A DNA stretch of 64,000 nucleotides from a virus. Positions within the stretch are counted from its first letter, which is position 1. Every line of letters starts with the position of its first letter. Position numbers and translations under genes: made by a program. The notes under the pieces were generated by a model. That model did no database searches. It was given only the letters and a program-made list of their open reading frames with translations, and had not been told where the DNA came from. The stretch lies in IMG/VR virus record IMGVR_UViG_3300037584_005429, positions 19,060 through 83,059 of that record; one strand, written 5' to 3'. Below are positions 8,231-17,179 of this stretch, in pieces.

Positions 8231-8554
8231 TTATTGTACTCCTGGTCCTTTGTCTATTCTATTTTCTTCAAACCATTCTACTATAGCGTTTATAGCCCAC
8301 ACAGAACCACTAGCTAACATACCATCAAAAAACCAACTTGTATAAGGTATATTTGTTAACTCTGCTGTTGGTGAGAAAAATGCTAATGAGAAAAAGAATC
8401 CTACCCACGTAGATGTACACATCATACATTGTATTAGGTCACCAAAAAATTCTGATTTTTTTATTAACCAATTTCTTAGGTTTTCAAAAATACTACCAAA
8501 CACTAATATGTTTGACATTCCATAAGCTGCTAAAATCCAAATAAATATTTCCAT
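8231..8554 (-). CDS. Small membrane protein with CxxC (DUF1360-like)
   Basis: Three hydrophobic segments. IFENLRNW...FGDLIQCMMCTSTWVG matches the DUF1360-type 'G.Ll.CxxC...W' pattern. Confidence 0.65.
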   Translation of the reverse strand: MEIFIWILAAYGMSNILVFGSIFENLRNWLIKKSEFFGDLIQCMMCTSTWVGFFFSLAFFSPTAELTNIPYTSWFFDGMLASGSVWAINAIVEWFEENRIDKGPGVQ

Positions 8555-8558
8555 AATT

Positions 8559-8999
8559 TTAATCGTAATAAGTGTCGTTTAAGTTAGATGACCTCATGTG
8601 TTTAGTTCTCCTATTGACAGTAACGTTTTTAAAATGTTCTAACACATCATCTTGTTCTTTTATTTTATTTTTTTGTTCGTTTATTATATTATTTTTTTCA
8701 GTTAACTCTTTTTTAAGTTTTTCTAACTCATCAATCAACTGAGTGTCTTTTACTTCTTTAGTTATTATTTTTTCAATTATAACTTCTTTTTCTACCGGTA
8801 TTTCTTTAATTACTTCTTTTATAACTTCTTTTTCTACTGGTACTTCTTGTATTTGTGATTTGGGTAAAAATGGTGCTATACCGTACTTGTCTAGTGTTAG
8901 CCCATCTTTAGCACATTTAACAATAAATCCATCAATATCTTCTATTTCATTTAATTGGCAATATTCTTTAAACTCTTTCTGTTGTGTTTTACTAAGCAT
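8559..8999 (-). CDS. Hypothetical coiled-coil protein with VPVEKEVIKE-type repeats
   Basis: EVPVEKEVIKEVIKEIPVEKEVIIEKIITKEV followed by a coiled coil. Overlaps the sbcD stop. Confidence 0.6.
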   Translation of the reverse strand: MLSKTQQKEFKEYCQLNEIEDIDGFIVKCAKDGLTLDKYGIAPFLPKSQIQEVPVEKEVIKEVIKEIPVEKEVIIEKIITKEVKDTQLIDELEKLKKELTEKNNIINEQKNKIKEQDDVLEHFKNVTVNRRTKHMRSSNLNDTYYD

Positions 9000-9777
9000 T
9001 TGTTAAAATTTCTTTACCGTTTTCAATATCTTCTATATCTTTTATCTTAAAATTAAGATAAGGTTGGGGATTATCAATATTAAAAAACTTATATTTTTTT
9101 GTTTCTACATTATATAATCCGTATCCGTGATTTTTTATACTTTCACCAAAATTCTGATTTATCATTGACCCCACCATATAAGCTTTTTTATTACCTGGTA
9201 TTTTAAATGTTTGTCTTTTATGTATATCTCCAGCTAATACTACATCACACCCCTCAAATATTTCAACACTATAACCATCTTCAAATTCAAAACCTATATC
9301 AGTATATAAACCAATTATTGGTCCGTGAAATAAACCTATTTTATGTTCTTTACAACTTTCTGGAATTTCAGGTCTAGTATTATGTGTTAATAATGAGTAT
9401 ACACACCACAATATATTATTGTCTTTATAACATCCTTTATCTTTATAGTATGTTATATTAGGATTATTTAAACTTTCTACTACTGGAGATATAGCGTCCA
9501 TCCTATCTAGATTATTTTCTAAAAAATCATGATTACCAATTATGTAAACACATTTACAGATTTTTGCGGTTTCTGTCATAAACCATGACATTAAATTTAT
9601 AAGTTCTGGTGTCATTTGGTTTTTAGAATGAACAAAATCACCGGTAAAAACTATTCTATCTGGTGATAATTTTTTCCACTCTTTAAGTGCAATTTCTAAT
9701 ATATTTTTATCCCTTAAATGTTGTTTATATAACTTTAAGTGTAAATCTGAATAGTGTATGATAGTTTTAATAGACAT
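8992..9777 (-). CDS. sbcD: SbcD/Mre11 (T4 gp47-like) metallophosphoesterase nuclease, short form
   Basis: Metallophosphoesterase motifs SDLH, TGDFVH, IGNHD, LFHG and LAGDIH, plus YMVGSMINQNFGES. An sbcC gene lies nearby. Confidence 0.9.
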   Translation of the reverse strand: MSIKTIIHYSDLHLKLYKQHLRDKNILEIALKEWKKLSPDRIVFTGDFVHSKNQMTPELINLMSWFMTETAKICKCVYIIGNHDFLENNLDRMDAISPVVESLNNPNITYYKDKGCYKDNNILWCVYSLLTHNTRPEIPESCKEHKIGLFHGPIIGLYTDIGFEFEDGYSVEIFEGCDVVLAGDIHKRQTFKIPGNKKAYMVGSMINQNFGESIKNHGYGLYNVETKKYKFFNIDNPQPYLNFKIKDIEDIENGKEILTNA

Positions 9778-10463
9778 TAACTTTTAATTTGTTTTAAATG
9801 CATAAATAAAGCTGTTAAAGACATACAAATTACCATTTTAATAAAGCCCCCATAAGCTATATAAATTATATAACCTAAAACAGTTAACATTAAAATAATT
9901 ACTCTCATATTTTTGTATAAATTTAACCAAATTGTATAAAGATACGGAAATTTATCTCTCCACTTTTTTTTGTCGGGGTCTCCTTCATAATAAACTGGTA
10001 GTGAATAGGTATTTTCAGGAAAATATCTTATAGTGAACCAAGTTATAATACCTAACATAACGGTAGCTAAAAAGTTATCTATAAAAAAGTACCAGATAAT
10101 AATAGCAAATAATATAAAATTTATTATTTTAATTATTTTTTTTTGATTACTACTAAATAAAGGTTTTAACATTCTCTCATATAAATCTTTTAATGAAGTT
10201 TTAGGTGCATCTTGTAAAATAACTTCTACTTCATAATCTTCACCATACATTTCTTCTAAAACTTTTACTCTGTGATTGCCATTTATTACATTATATTTTT
10301 CTTCTTGTTTATAAACTAGAATATATGAAAAATTTTCTGGTTTATAGCCTTGGGTTTTTATACTTTTTCTTAGTCTACGCCAACTATAGAATATTGATGT
10401 TGTTGTTCTTTTACCTATGGTCTTAATATCTTTTAGTTTTACTTTTATTTTTTGTTTACCCAT
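9777..10463 (-). CDS. ParB/sulfiredoxin-like N-terminal domain fused to multiple TM helices
   Basis: LRKSIKTQGY...ILV...YNVINGNHRVKVL (DGxHR-like motif). The C-terminal half has about 4 hydrophobic helices. Confidence 0.6.
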   Translation of the reverse strand: MGKQKIKVKLKDIKTIGKRTTTSIFYSWRRLRKSIKTQGYKPENFSYILVYKQEEKYNVINGNHRVKVLEEMYGEDYEVEVILQDAPKTSLKDLYERMLKPLFSSNQKKIIKIINFILFAIIIWYFFIDNFLATVMLGIITWFTIRYFPENTYSLPVYYEGDPDKKKWRDKFPYLYTIWLNLYKNMRVIILMLTVLGYIIYIAYGGFIKMVICMSLTALFMHLKQIKS

Positions 10464-11229
10464 TCTTATTCATTATTTTTAAAATTTCATCTCTAAAATC
10501 GTAACACTTCATAATCTTATAAGTTTCATTATTTTCATTAAACCAAACAATATAACAATCACCTATTTCTAATTCGGTATTTCTTTCAACTATTAATTTA
10601 TAAAAAGATAGTTGTAAAGAGTATGTATTCAATTCACAAACATCTAGATGAGATAAAGGTTCTTTAAATTGTTGCCATTTATTATATTTTTTTATTTCTT
10701 TATTGGTTTTCCAATCCCAAATTTCTAATTTTTTAGACTTTTCATTATAAAATAACTGGTCAATCATCCCTGTAATACCCCACTCTTTATCTCCAACTAC
10801 AATTTCTGCTCTAACTGGTATTAATTTACCAAAAGATTTTTCATAAAACTCACCAAACATTTTTGTTAGTTTGTTAACAGCTTGTTTACATTCTAACATA
10901 TTTTCTACACTACCTAAAGCTTCTGTAATTTTATGTTCTGGAAAAGGAAATAATTTATTTGTTAAAAAATTTTCAGCATATTCATGAAAAGCCGAACCTT
11001 TTTCACAAGAAAAGTCTGCCTTATATTTCCATTCTTTTAATATTTCTTCTTTTGTAATCCCTCTTTCATCTGCCTTTTTTTGTGACCAATAATCTTTATC
11101 AAATGGATGTTTATATTTAGATATTACAGATGTAACAGATTTAGTTCTTACACCATCTAGATAATATATGTGTTCCTTATCATGAAACTTTATATTATTA
11201 AACTTAGCTAATTCTCTAATAATTTTCAT
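10456..11229 (-). CDS. PD-(D/E)XK-superfamily exonuclease
   Basis: SVTSVI, KGSAFHEYAE, AEIVV, GMIDQLF, IWDWKT and YSLQLSFY. Confidence 0.85.
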   Translation of the reverse strand: MKIIRELAKFNNIKFHDKEHIYYLDGVRTKSVTSVISKYKHPFDKDYWSQKKADERGITKEEILKEWKYKADFSCEKGSAFHEYAENFLTNKLFPFPEHKITEALGSVENMLECKQAVNKLTKMFGEFYEKSFGKLIPVRAEIVVGDKEWGITGMIDQLFYNEKSKKLEIWDWKTNKEIKKYNKWQQFKEPLSHLDVCELNTYSLQLSFYKLIVERNTELEIGDCYIVWFNENNETYKIMKCYDFRDEILKIMNKNG

Positions 11230-12144
11230 TTACAATAATTTTATTTCTTTTAGGCCTTCTAAACCACCTAGTTCACCAACATCTTTATCTTTAGGTAATT
11301 TTATTAATCTAATTCTACCTGTTAATTTACCACCATCTAATTTACGGTATAGTTTTTCTGCGTCATTCCACGCATCACCATCTAAACAAATTATAACATT
11401 TTTTTTACAATTATCATATAGTTTATTCCATAATTTATCACTAACATTTTTACCTAAAACTGGTATTGAGTTACTAACGAAAAACATATCGAATACACCT
11501 TCTACCAAATAAACATCTTCTTCCCAATTTATTTGGTGTTCATTAAAAATAATCTTGTCTTTTTCTGCTTCTGGATTTTTATATTTATTTTTGTGTCCAA
11601 CATATGAACGAGAAACAAAGTAGTTAATATCACCACTTTCGTCAAATGAAGGTACTATAATCCTACCTCTATAATTACCCTCGGTAGTATATCCTAAAGA
11701 ATATTTTGTTATAATTTCATCACTTATATTTCTTTTTCTTAAATAATTATAAGCTTCTTTGTATGGTATAGTTAATTTATTACCCTTAGTAAAAGATATA
11801 TATTCGTTAGGTAAAGTAACATCTTTATAGGTTCTTTTTTGTGTTTTTATAAAATCACCACCTATTAATTTCCATGTAGATTTATTTCTTTTATTACCCC
11901 ACTTTAAAAATAATTTATTTAAAGAACCATGTGTACCGTAGGTCTCCGAACATGCCCAACACTTATAGACCCCTTGATGATAGTTTACCTCAAAATTACC
12001 TTTACCATCACCCCTGTCTAAACCTTTTATGTCATACGAACATACTGGACAATCAAATGAAATTTGTCCTTTGTTTGGGTAGTGTGAATTTATGTCACCT
12101 AAAACATCTTGTAATAGTTCTAATAGTAGTGGGTTATCTTCCAT
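11230..12144 (-). CDS. dnaG: DNA primase (zinc finger + TOPRIM)
   Basis: CPVC...CWAC zinc-binding domain, YLRKRNI, RIIVP, KYKNP, and TOPRIM LVEGVFD / ICLDGDA / KDVGE. Confidence 0.9.
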   Translation of the reverse strand: MEDNPLLLELLQDVLGDINSHYPNKGQISFDCPVCSYDIKGLDRGDGKGNFEVNYHQGVYKCWACSETYGTHGSLNKLFLKWGNKRNKSTWKLIGGDFIKTQKRTYKDVTLPNEYISFTKGNKLTIPYKEAYNYLRKRNISDEIITKYSLGYTTEGNYRGRIIVPSFDESGDINYFVSRSYVGHKNKYKNPEAEKDKIIFNEHQINWEEDVYLVEGVFDMFFVSNSIPVLGKNVSDKLWNKLYDNCKKNVIICLDGDAWNDAEKLYRKLDGGKLTGRIRLIKLPKDKDVGELGGLEGLKEIKLL

Positions 12145-12148
12145 GTAG

Positions 12149-12179
12149 TAAATGTATGGAATTTTTATTGGTTAATCAA
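12149..12179 (-). promoter_or_regulatory. Host-type promoter TTGA-N19-TACATTTA, 4 nt before the primase ATG
   Basis: Fills the 35-nt intergenic gap almost exactly and has the same spacing as the two other copies. Confidence 0.7.
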
Positions 12180-12776
12180 TTACCAAATGTTTTTTTGTTT
12201 CATAGCACCTAACACACAAGTATAAGCATCTGCCATGTCATAATTTTCTTTTTTAAGTGTATTATTACGTGTATATGCCCATGTTAAGTGAGGTTCTCTG
12301 TCTGAAACGTGTTGCCAAATTATCTGTTTTTTATCACACCCTACTTCATATTTTCCAAATAATACTTTTCTACCTTTATTATTTTCTGTAAATAAACTAG
12401 GAAAAGCAAATTTTCTTGAGTTGTATGTTGATATGAATTCTGGGACTATACCTAAAACATCATAGATTACTCTAGTAATAAATGAGTTATATCTCATTAG
12501 AGTAGCAACAGTTCTAATGTTATTAGAATTAATTAGTGGCTCTTCTATCACTACTTGTGTTATGCCAACTTTAGTATAATCACTTAGTTTATTCTTAAAG
12601 TGGTTAGTTTTTTCTAACATTTCTTCTACTTTACTATCTTTAGGTGGTTTAATTTTTGGTGAAAAATGTGTTAACTCTAAAAGTTGTCCATCTTGTAAGT
12701 CAAATAAAGCCCACCCTATAGTTTTTGTAGATATATCTAACCCTAAAATTTTAGGTCTATTTCCAATATTTTTCAT
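12180..12776 (-). CDS. RuvC-like Holliday junction resolvase
   Basis: ILGLDISTKTIGWAL, VVIEEP and the C-terminal DMADAY (RNase H-fold acidic residues). Confidence 0.8.
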   Translation of the reverse strand: MKNIGNRPKILGLDISTKTIGWALFDLQDGQLLELTHFSPKIKPPKDSKVEEMLEKTNHFKNKLSDYTKVGITQVVIEEPLINSNNIRTVATLMRYNSFITRVIYDVLGIVPEFISTYNSRKFAFPSLFTENNKGRKVLFGKYEVGCDKKQIIWQHVSDREPHLTWAYTRNNTLKKENYDMADAYTCVLGAMKQKNIW

Positions 12777-12786
12777 AATTAAAATA

Positions 12787-13992
12787 TTAGAATTTTAACT
12801 TCAAAGTCAAGGTTACTGGTGTATTTTTAGGTTTTTTAATTGGTCTATCTGGTTTTGCTATAGCTAATAATCTATTTTGTGCATCATATAACCCTATCTC
12901 TGTTATAAAAGTAGATGTTACATCTGATAAATCCCATACTTGATTTACTTCACCAAAAGGTGTCATAAATTGTATTCCAGTATCACTACCTCCAGCGCCA
13001 TAATAAGGTGCATCTGCACTTGCTGCCGTTTGGTTTTCTGTTATAAAGAATTCACCGGAATTGGCGACAACATTAATAGTTAACAATATTTCTCTTTCAA
13101 AAGAATAATAAGTACAAGAACCAGATGTATCTGCCGTAAAAAATACTTGGGTAAATGCTGATTCTGCACCAGTGTAACCATAGTCAATTGTAGTTGCACT
13201 TGTACCAGAAGCTGAACCAGAATATAAGAAATTTTGTACTATTGTTGGGTCTGTTAGAACTATAAATCCTTTGTCTAAGTAACAAATTCCTACTGGAATA
13301 TCTTGTGATTGTGCATATGCTTTAGGTGTGTTAGATGAAGATACTGTGTCGGTAAATCTAAAGTTATCTACACCACCATCAGTATATCCGTTAGGTATTA
13401 TATCTTCTTGCCAACCACTAGACCAGCTTGTTATGGTAGTTGTTGTAGAGGATAATTGTGGGCCTAAAATTTCATCTGTAAATAAAAATGCTATATTTGT
13501 GGAGTGCATACTAGGGTCACCTTTCACATTTTCATCTCTTATAGATGGGTTACCAAAATATTCACCATTTAAAGAATTATCAGATGAAAATGGTTCTGGT
13601 TCGTAATAAGAACTATAGAAATCTAAGGTATTACCAACTTCACCCCCACGGTATGTTCCACCCATAGGTAATGTTAGTTTAATTGTTCTCCCATCTATAA
13701 GTTCACCATAGGTGTTAACTCCTATATCAACAACAACTACGTTCTCTTGACTTAGACCACTAAAACCACTTCTTACCCAAGAAGACTCAAATGTTTCACA
13801 TTGTGCTGAAGTTGTAGGGAGGTTAAATGATGAGAATAAGTTTGAAAAGGGTCTCCCATTAGAAGGGTCTCGTTGTACTGCTGTAAATGTTAGTGAAGTA
13901 CCTGTTGTAGTAGTCCATCCATTCCCTGACCAAGGAACTAATGTAGTTTCTATAAATTTTTCGTTTGCTGATATTCTTTTAAGTTTTCCCAT
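12787..13992 (-). CDS. Virion structural protein with a C-terminal fibre-anchor-like motif
   Basis: T/S/G-rich. The C-terminus ITEIGLYDAQNRLLAIAKPDRPIKK...LTLKLKF is paralogous to the C-terminus of 17179-19608. Confidence 0.65.
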   Translation of the reverse strand: MGKLKRISANEKFIETTLVPWSGNGWTTTTGTSLTFTAVQRDPSNGRPFSNLFSSFNLPTTSAQCETFESSWVRSGFSGLSQENVVVVDIGVNTYGELIDGRTIKLTLPMGGTYRGGEVGNTLDFYSSYYEPEPFSSDNSLNGEYFGNPSIRDENVKGDPSMHSTNIAFLFTDEILGPQLSSTTTTITSWSSGWQEDIIPNGYTDGGVDNFRFTDTVSSSNTPKAYAQSQDIPVGICYLDKGFIVLTDPTIVQNFLYSGSASGTSATTIDYGYTGAESAFTQVFFTADTSGSCTYYSFEREILLTINVVANSGEFFITENQTAASADAPYYGAGGSDTGIQFMTPFGEVNQVWDLSDVTSTFITEIGLYDAQNRLLAIAKPDRPIKKPKNTPVTLTLKLKF

Positions 13993-13993
13993 T

Positions 13994-14428
13994 TTAATTC
14001 CAATTTTTATAATTAGCTGAATTAGTGTTTGTATCTAAAGCTAAGGACGCTCTACCTGGAAAGTAAAGTTTTATCATATGAAAAGGGCTAGCTTCACCCA
14101 TATTATTTCCATTACTTTGTACTCCAGGAAAAACTGTTCTTTTTGTTAGTTTACCATTACTAGGGTAATCAACAAACATTATTTTACCTTTATCAGGTGA
14201 ACTCATTACTGATAAATATTTAGATGTTTTAAATCTAGCACTATACTCACCAGGTGTACCAAAAAAATCCATTCCGTTCCCTCCTGTAGATACTATATCC
14301 TGGTATCTATTTCTACCACCTTTTATAGTTTGCATGTCAAAGTATTGAATGGGTATTTTACCCACTTTACCACTATTTTCAGTGTAATTACTATTCTGTC
14401 TGTACCAATTTAATGCTTTTACATTCAT
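13994..14428 (-). CDS. Hypothetical protein (probably structural)
   Basis: 144-aa ORF tightly packed between structural genes. Confidence 0.55.
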   Translation of the reverse strand: MNVKALNWYRQNSNYTENSGKVGKIPIQYFDMQTIKGGRNRYQDIVSTGGNGMDFFGTPGEYSARFKTSKYLSVMSSPDKGKIMFVDYPSNGKLTKRTVFPGVQSNGNNMGEASPFHMIKLYFPGRASLALDTNTNSANYKNWN

Positions 14429-14432
14429 AATT

Positions 14433-16319
14433 TTAAATTTCTTGTCCTGTTATTACTTTCCTAAATAAAGCATCCCCCGCACTTGTTGTCCAAGTAGTGG
14501 AAGCTCCTGAAGCGTAACCAAATCCTCTAGGGTCTGGTGAAAATGATGTCTTAGTTTCTCCTGCAGCACCATAAAACTTAAATTCTGCGTCATCATATAT
14601 TCTATAATAATTTTGTGAAGAAACAGTATTGTACGATACTGAGTCAGTAACAGCCTCTTTATTAAATTTAAATCTAACGGTTACTTTACAAGGTGCTGCA
14701 CTAGGTGAGTTTTGAGAATATACTGTCCATGTTACTGGTATAGATATATTGTAGTGGTTAAGACTGGAACCACTTAACCCACTTCTAAAACCACCACTAT
14801 AGGTGTCTGTTCTCCAAAAATTGTTATTTTGTGATGCTACACCAACGAATATTTCGTCAGCCATTTTCATCATACGTGTACTTAGGGTGTAGTAAGGTTC
14901 AGTTTGTGCAGCAACTCTTCCAGAATCTATACTTATTGCATTATCTTTAGATGGTAAAATACTAAAATAAGGACTAGCTCCTCTTAAACCATTTTGATTT
15001 ATGTTCCAGTTGGATGTGTATTCTAACCCACCAACTAATAATCCAAAAGTATCTGAAGGATGAGTAGTTTTAGTTATATTAATACCTTTAGCTTGTTGTC
15101 CATTTATTTCAATATATTTACCTTCTTCTTGACTTAATCTTTTCATTTTTATTGGGTAGTATGTTGGGGATACGTCATTACCTTTATTGATGTTTAATAC
15201 TAACCTTGCTGTAGGTAATGTGGTTGTGATATTAGCGTATCCCTCATTTTCTAAGTTCTCAGTACCCACACTTGTTTCCATATCCACAGTAGAAACAAAC
15301 CCCATAAAAGTATTTGTGATGTCTATCATGTCAGTTGCCCAACCTGTTTGTTTATTAGACATATCAAATGTTGGGTACGGTGCTACACTACTTTCATCCC
15401 AATTATTTATACCACCACAATTTAAATAACCCATACTAAAAGCTTCGAAACCTATACCTGCAGAACCAGAACCTTTTGTATATCTAGTTCTTTCATTATT
15501 TAATGAAGGTGAAAATACTAAAGAAAATGGAGATGCTACATTTAATCCTTTTAGGTAGGTACCATTAAAATTAATACCCATATTTTCACCCCTAGTCATA
15601 AACGCTCCACCAGCTAAAGCTAAACCATTAAAATAACTATAGTCTTTCATTGGTACTAACTTTACATCTTCACTTCTAAATTCTGCTCCAGTATATACTC
15701 TGACACTATCCCAAAAATCTAAGTATTGACTAATACCGAATTCAGATAAGTCGTTAAGAAAAGAATCATAATCAGAATTAGTTAAAACATTTAAAGTATC
15801 TTTAAAATAATTGTTAAGACTTTCCTCAATAGTTGTTGGGTTGGATGATAGTATGTCTTTATGGTCTGCTATATATTTCGAAGCTAATAATTTATTTAAT
15901 ACAAAATAGTCGTGAAGATACACATCTATTTCTACATTATCTCTATAATATTTAACACTACCATTTGTTGTTTTAACACCTACAGCTACATATGTTGTTT
16001 CATTACCTCTAATGTTAATAGCATTAGTTTCAGGTGTTGCCCATATTATATTTTTTTGTTTATAACCATTGTTAACTTGTTTTCTAAAATTTATTAGATT
16101 ACCTGTAGGGTATGGAATATAGCCTAATTGTGCAGAATCATTAGTCGTAGCGTTAGTATCTGCGTGTTTTTGGGAATTTCTGTAGTCTATGTCAGCATCT
16201 GAAATAGCAAATTTTTCAAATAATGAAGTTAAACTCTTGCTTTCTAAGACCCGTCTACGTCCCTCATCAGTTAATTGTAACTCTAATGTCGTTGTTGTTG
16301 CACTCGTTATATATGCCAT
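14433..16319 (-). CDS. Virion structural protein with an N-terminal 'LTDxGR' fibre-anchor-like motif
   Basis: MAYI...LQLTDEGRRRVL...FAISDADIDYR, paralogous to the N-termini of the two adjacent genes. Confidence 0.65.
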   Translation of the reverse strand: MAYITSATTTTLELQLTDEGRRRVLESKSLTSLFEKFAISDADIDYRNSQKHADTNATTNDSAQLGYIPYPTGNLINFRKQVNNGYKQKNIIWATPETNAINIRGNETTYVAVGVKTTNGSVKYYRDNVEIDVYLHDYFVLNKLLASKYIADHKDILSSNPTTIEESLNNYFKDTLNVLTNSDYDSFLNDLSEFGISQYLDFWDSVRVYTGAEFRSEDVKLVPMKDYSYFNGLALAGGAFMTRGENMGINFNGTYLKGLNVASPFSLVFSPSLNNERTRYTKGSGSAGIGFEAFSMGYLNCGGINNWDESSVAPYPTFDMSNKQTGWATDMIDITNTFMGFVSTVDMETSVGTENLENEGYANITTTLPTARLVLNINKGNDVSPTYYPIKMKRLSQEEGKYIEINGQQAKGINITKTTHPSDTFGLLVGGLEYTSNWNINQNGLRGASPYFSILPSKDNAISIDSGRVAAQTEPYYTLSTRMMKMADEIFVGVASQNNNFWRTDTYSGGFRSGLSGSSLNHYNISIPVTWTVYSQNSPSAAPCKVTVRFKFNKEAVTDSVSYNTVSSQNYYRIYDDAEFKFYGAAGETKTSFSPDPRGFGYASGASTTWTTSAGDALFRKVITGQEI

Positions 16320-16369
16320 TTTTTTATTCTCTTATTATATAATTATCTCGTTAAACGATTTCTTTTAAT

Positions 16370-17179
16370 TTAAATACAAGTCATACAATCTCCATTACAA
16401 GGTGATTCTTTACCCATATATTCACATAACATACAAAAAACATATTCATCTTTACAATATTCAAATATGTTTTCTCCGTTATTACCCAAACATTTTAAAA
16501 AACTATTTAAATCTTTTACACCCACTATACCATCACCATCAAAATCCCCAATTAATTCATTATTTGTACTTTTATTACCCATTAAACTTAAAAAAGTTTT
16601 AAAGTCATTTATATCAACATACCCATCTTGATTAAAATCTGCACATATAGTGCAGTAAGAAGGAAAATAAGTAGTGACTGACATACCCATACTCCAACAA
16701 CTACTTTTCATACCAGAAGACGGTATTTCTACTTCTTGGTATTTTACGGGTGGTTTATATGCTGACCACAAAGTAGATTGTACATAGTCACTACCAATAC
16801 TACTATTATAAAATTTAATGTTGCCTTTCTTTATTTCAAATTTAGGTCCTTTCATTACAGAGGAAAGAGTTCCATAATCACCTGAAAGTACTAAAGGATT
16901 ACCACCTCTAGAATCTGGTAAATCATAGAAACAAGAACCAGTTAAAGCACTAACACTTGTCCCTGTTACACCACAATCACCTGTAACTGATATATTATCT
17001 ACACAACTACCGTCACCCACAAATCTACGATAATCAATATCTGAATCTGATAATCCAAATTTTTGAATGGCGTCTAATAGACTAACTTGGGATGTTAGCA
17101 CTGCTTTTCCGTAATCTGATAGATATAGTCTCATCGTATTACCGGATAAAGAATTGTTATGTATGTTTAAAAATGCCAT
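16370..17179 (-). CDS. Structural protein with an N-terminal anchor motif and a C-terminal dockerin/EF-hand-like duplication
   Basis: LYLSDYGKAVL...FGLSDSDIDYR at the N-terminus. ADFNQDGYVDINDFKTFLSLMG and GDFDGDGIVGVKDLNSFLKCLG near a Cys-rich C-terminus. Confidence 0.7.
   Translation of the reverse strand: MAFLNIHNNSLSGNTMRLYLSDYGKAVLTSQVSLLDAIQKFGLSDSDIDYRRFVGDGSCVDNISVTGDCGVTGTSVSALTGSCFYDLPDSRGGNPLVLSGDYGTLSSVMKGPKFEIKKGNIKFYNSSIGSDYVQSTLWSAYKPPVKYQEVEIPSSGMKSSCWSMGMSVTTYFPSYCTICADFNQDGYVDINDFKTFLSLMGNKSTNNELIGDFDGDGIVGVKDLNSFLKCLGNNGENIFEYCKDEYVFCMLCEYMGKESPCNGDCMTCI

Noticed and set aside
10456-11229. Cas4-like nuclease suggesting a CRISPR system
   Set aside because: No Fe-S Cys cluster pattern, no other cas genes and no repeat-spacer array were seen. 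The context is an ordinary replication/recombination block.
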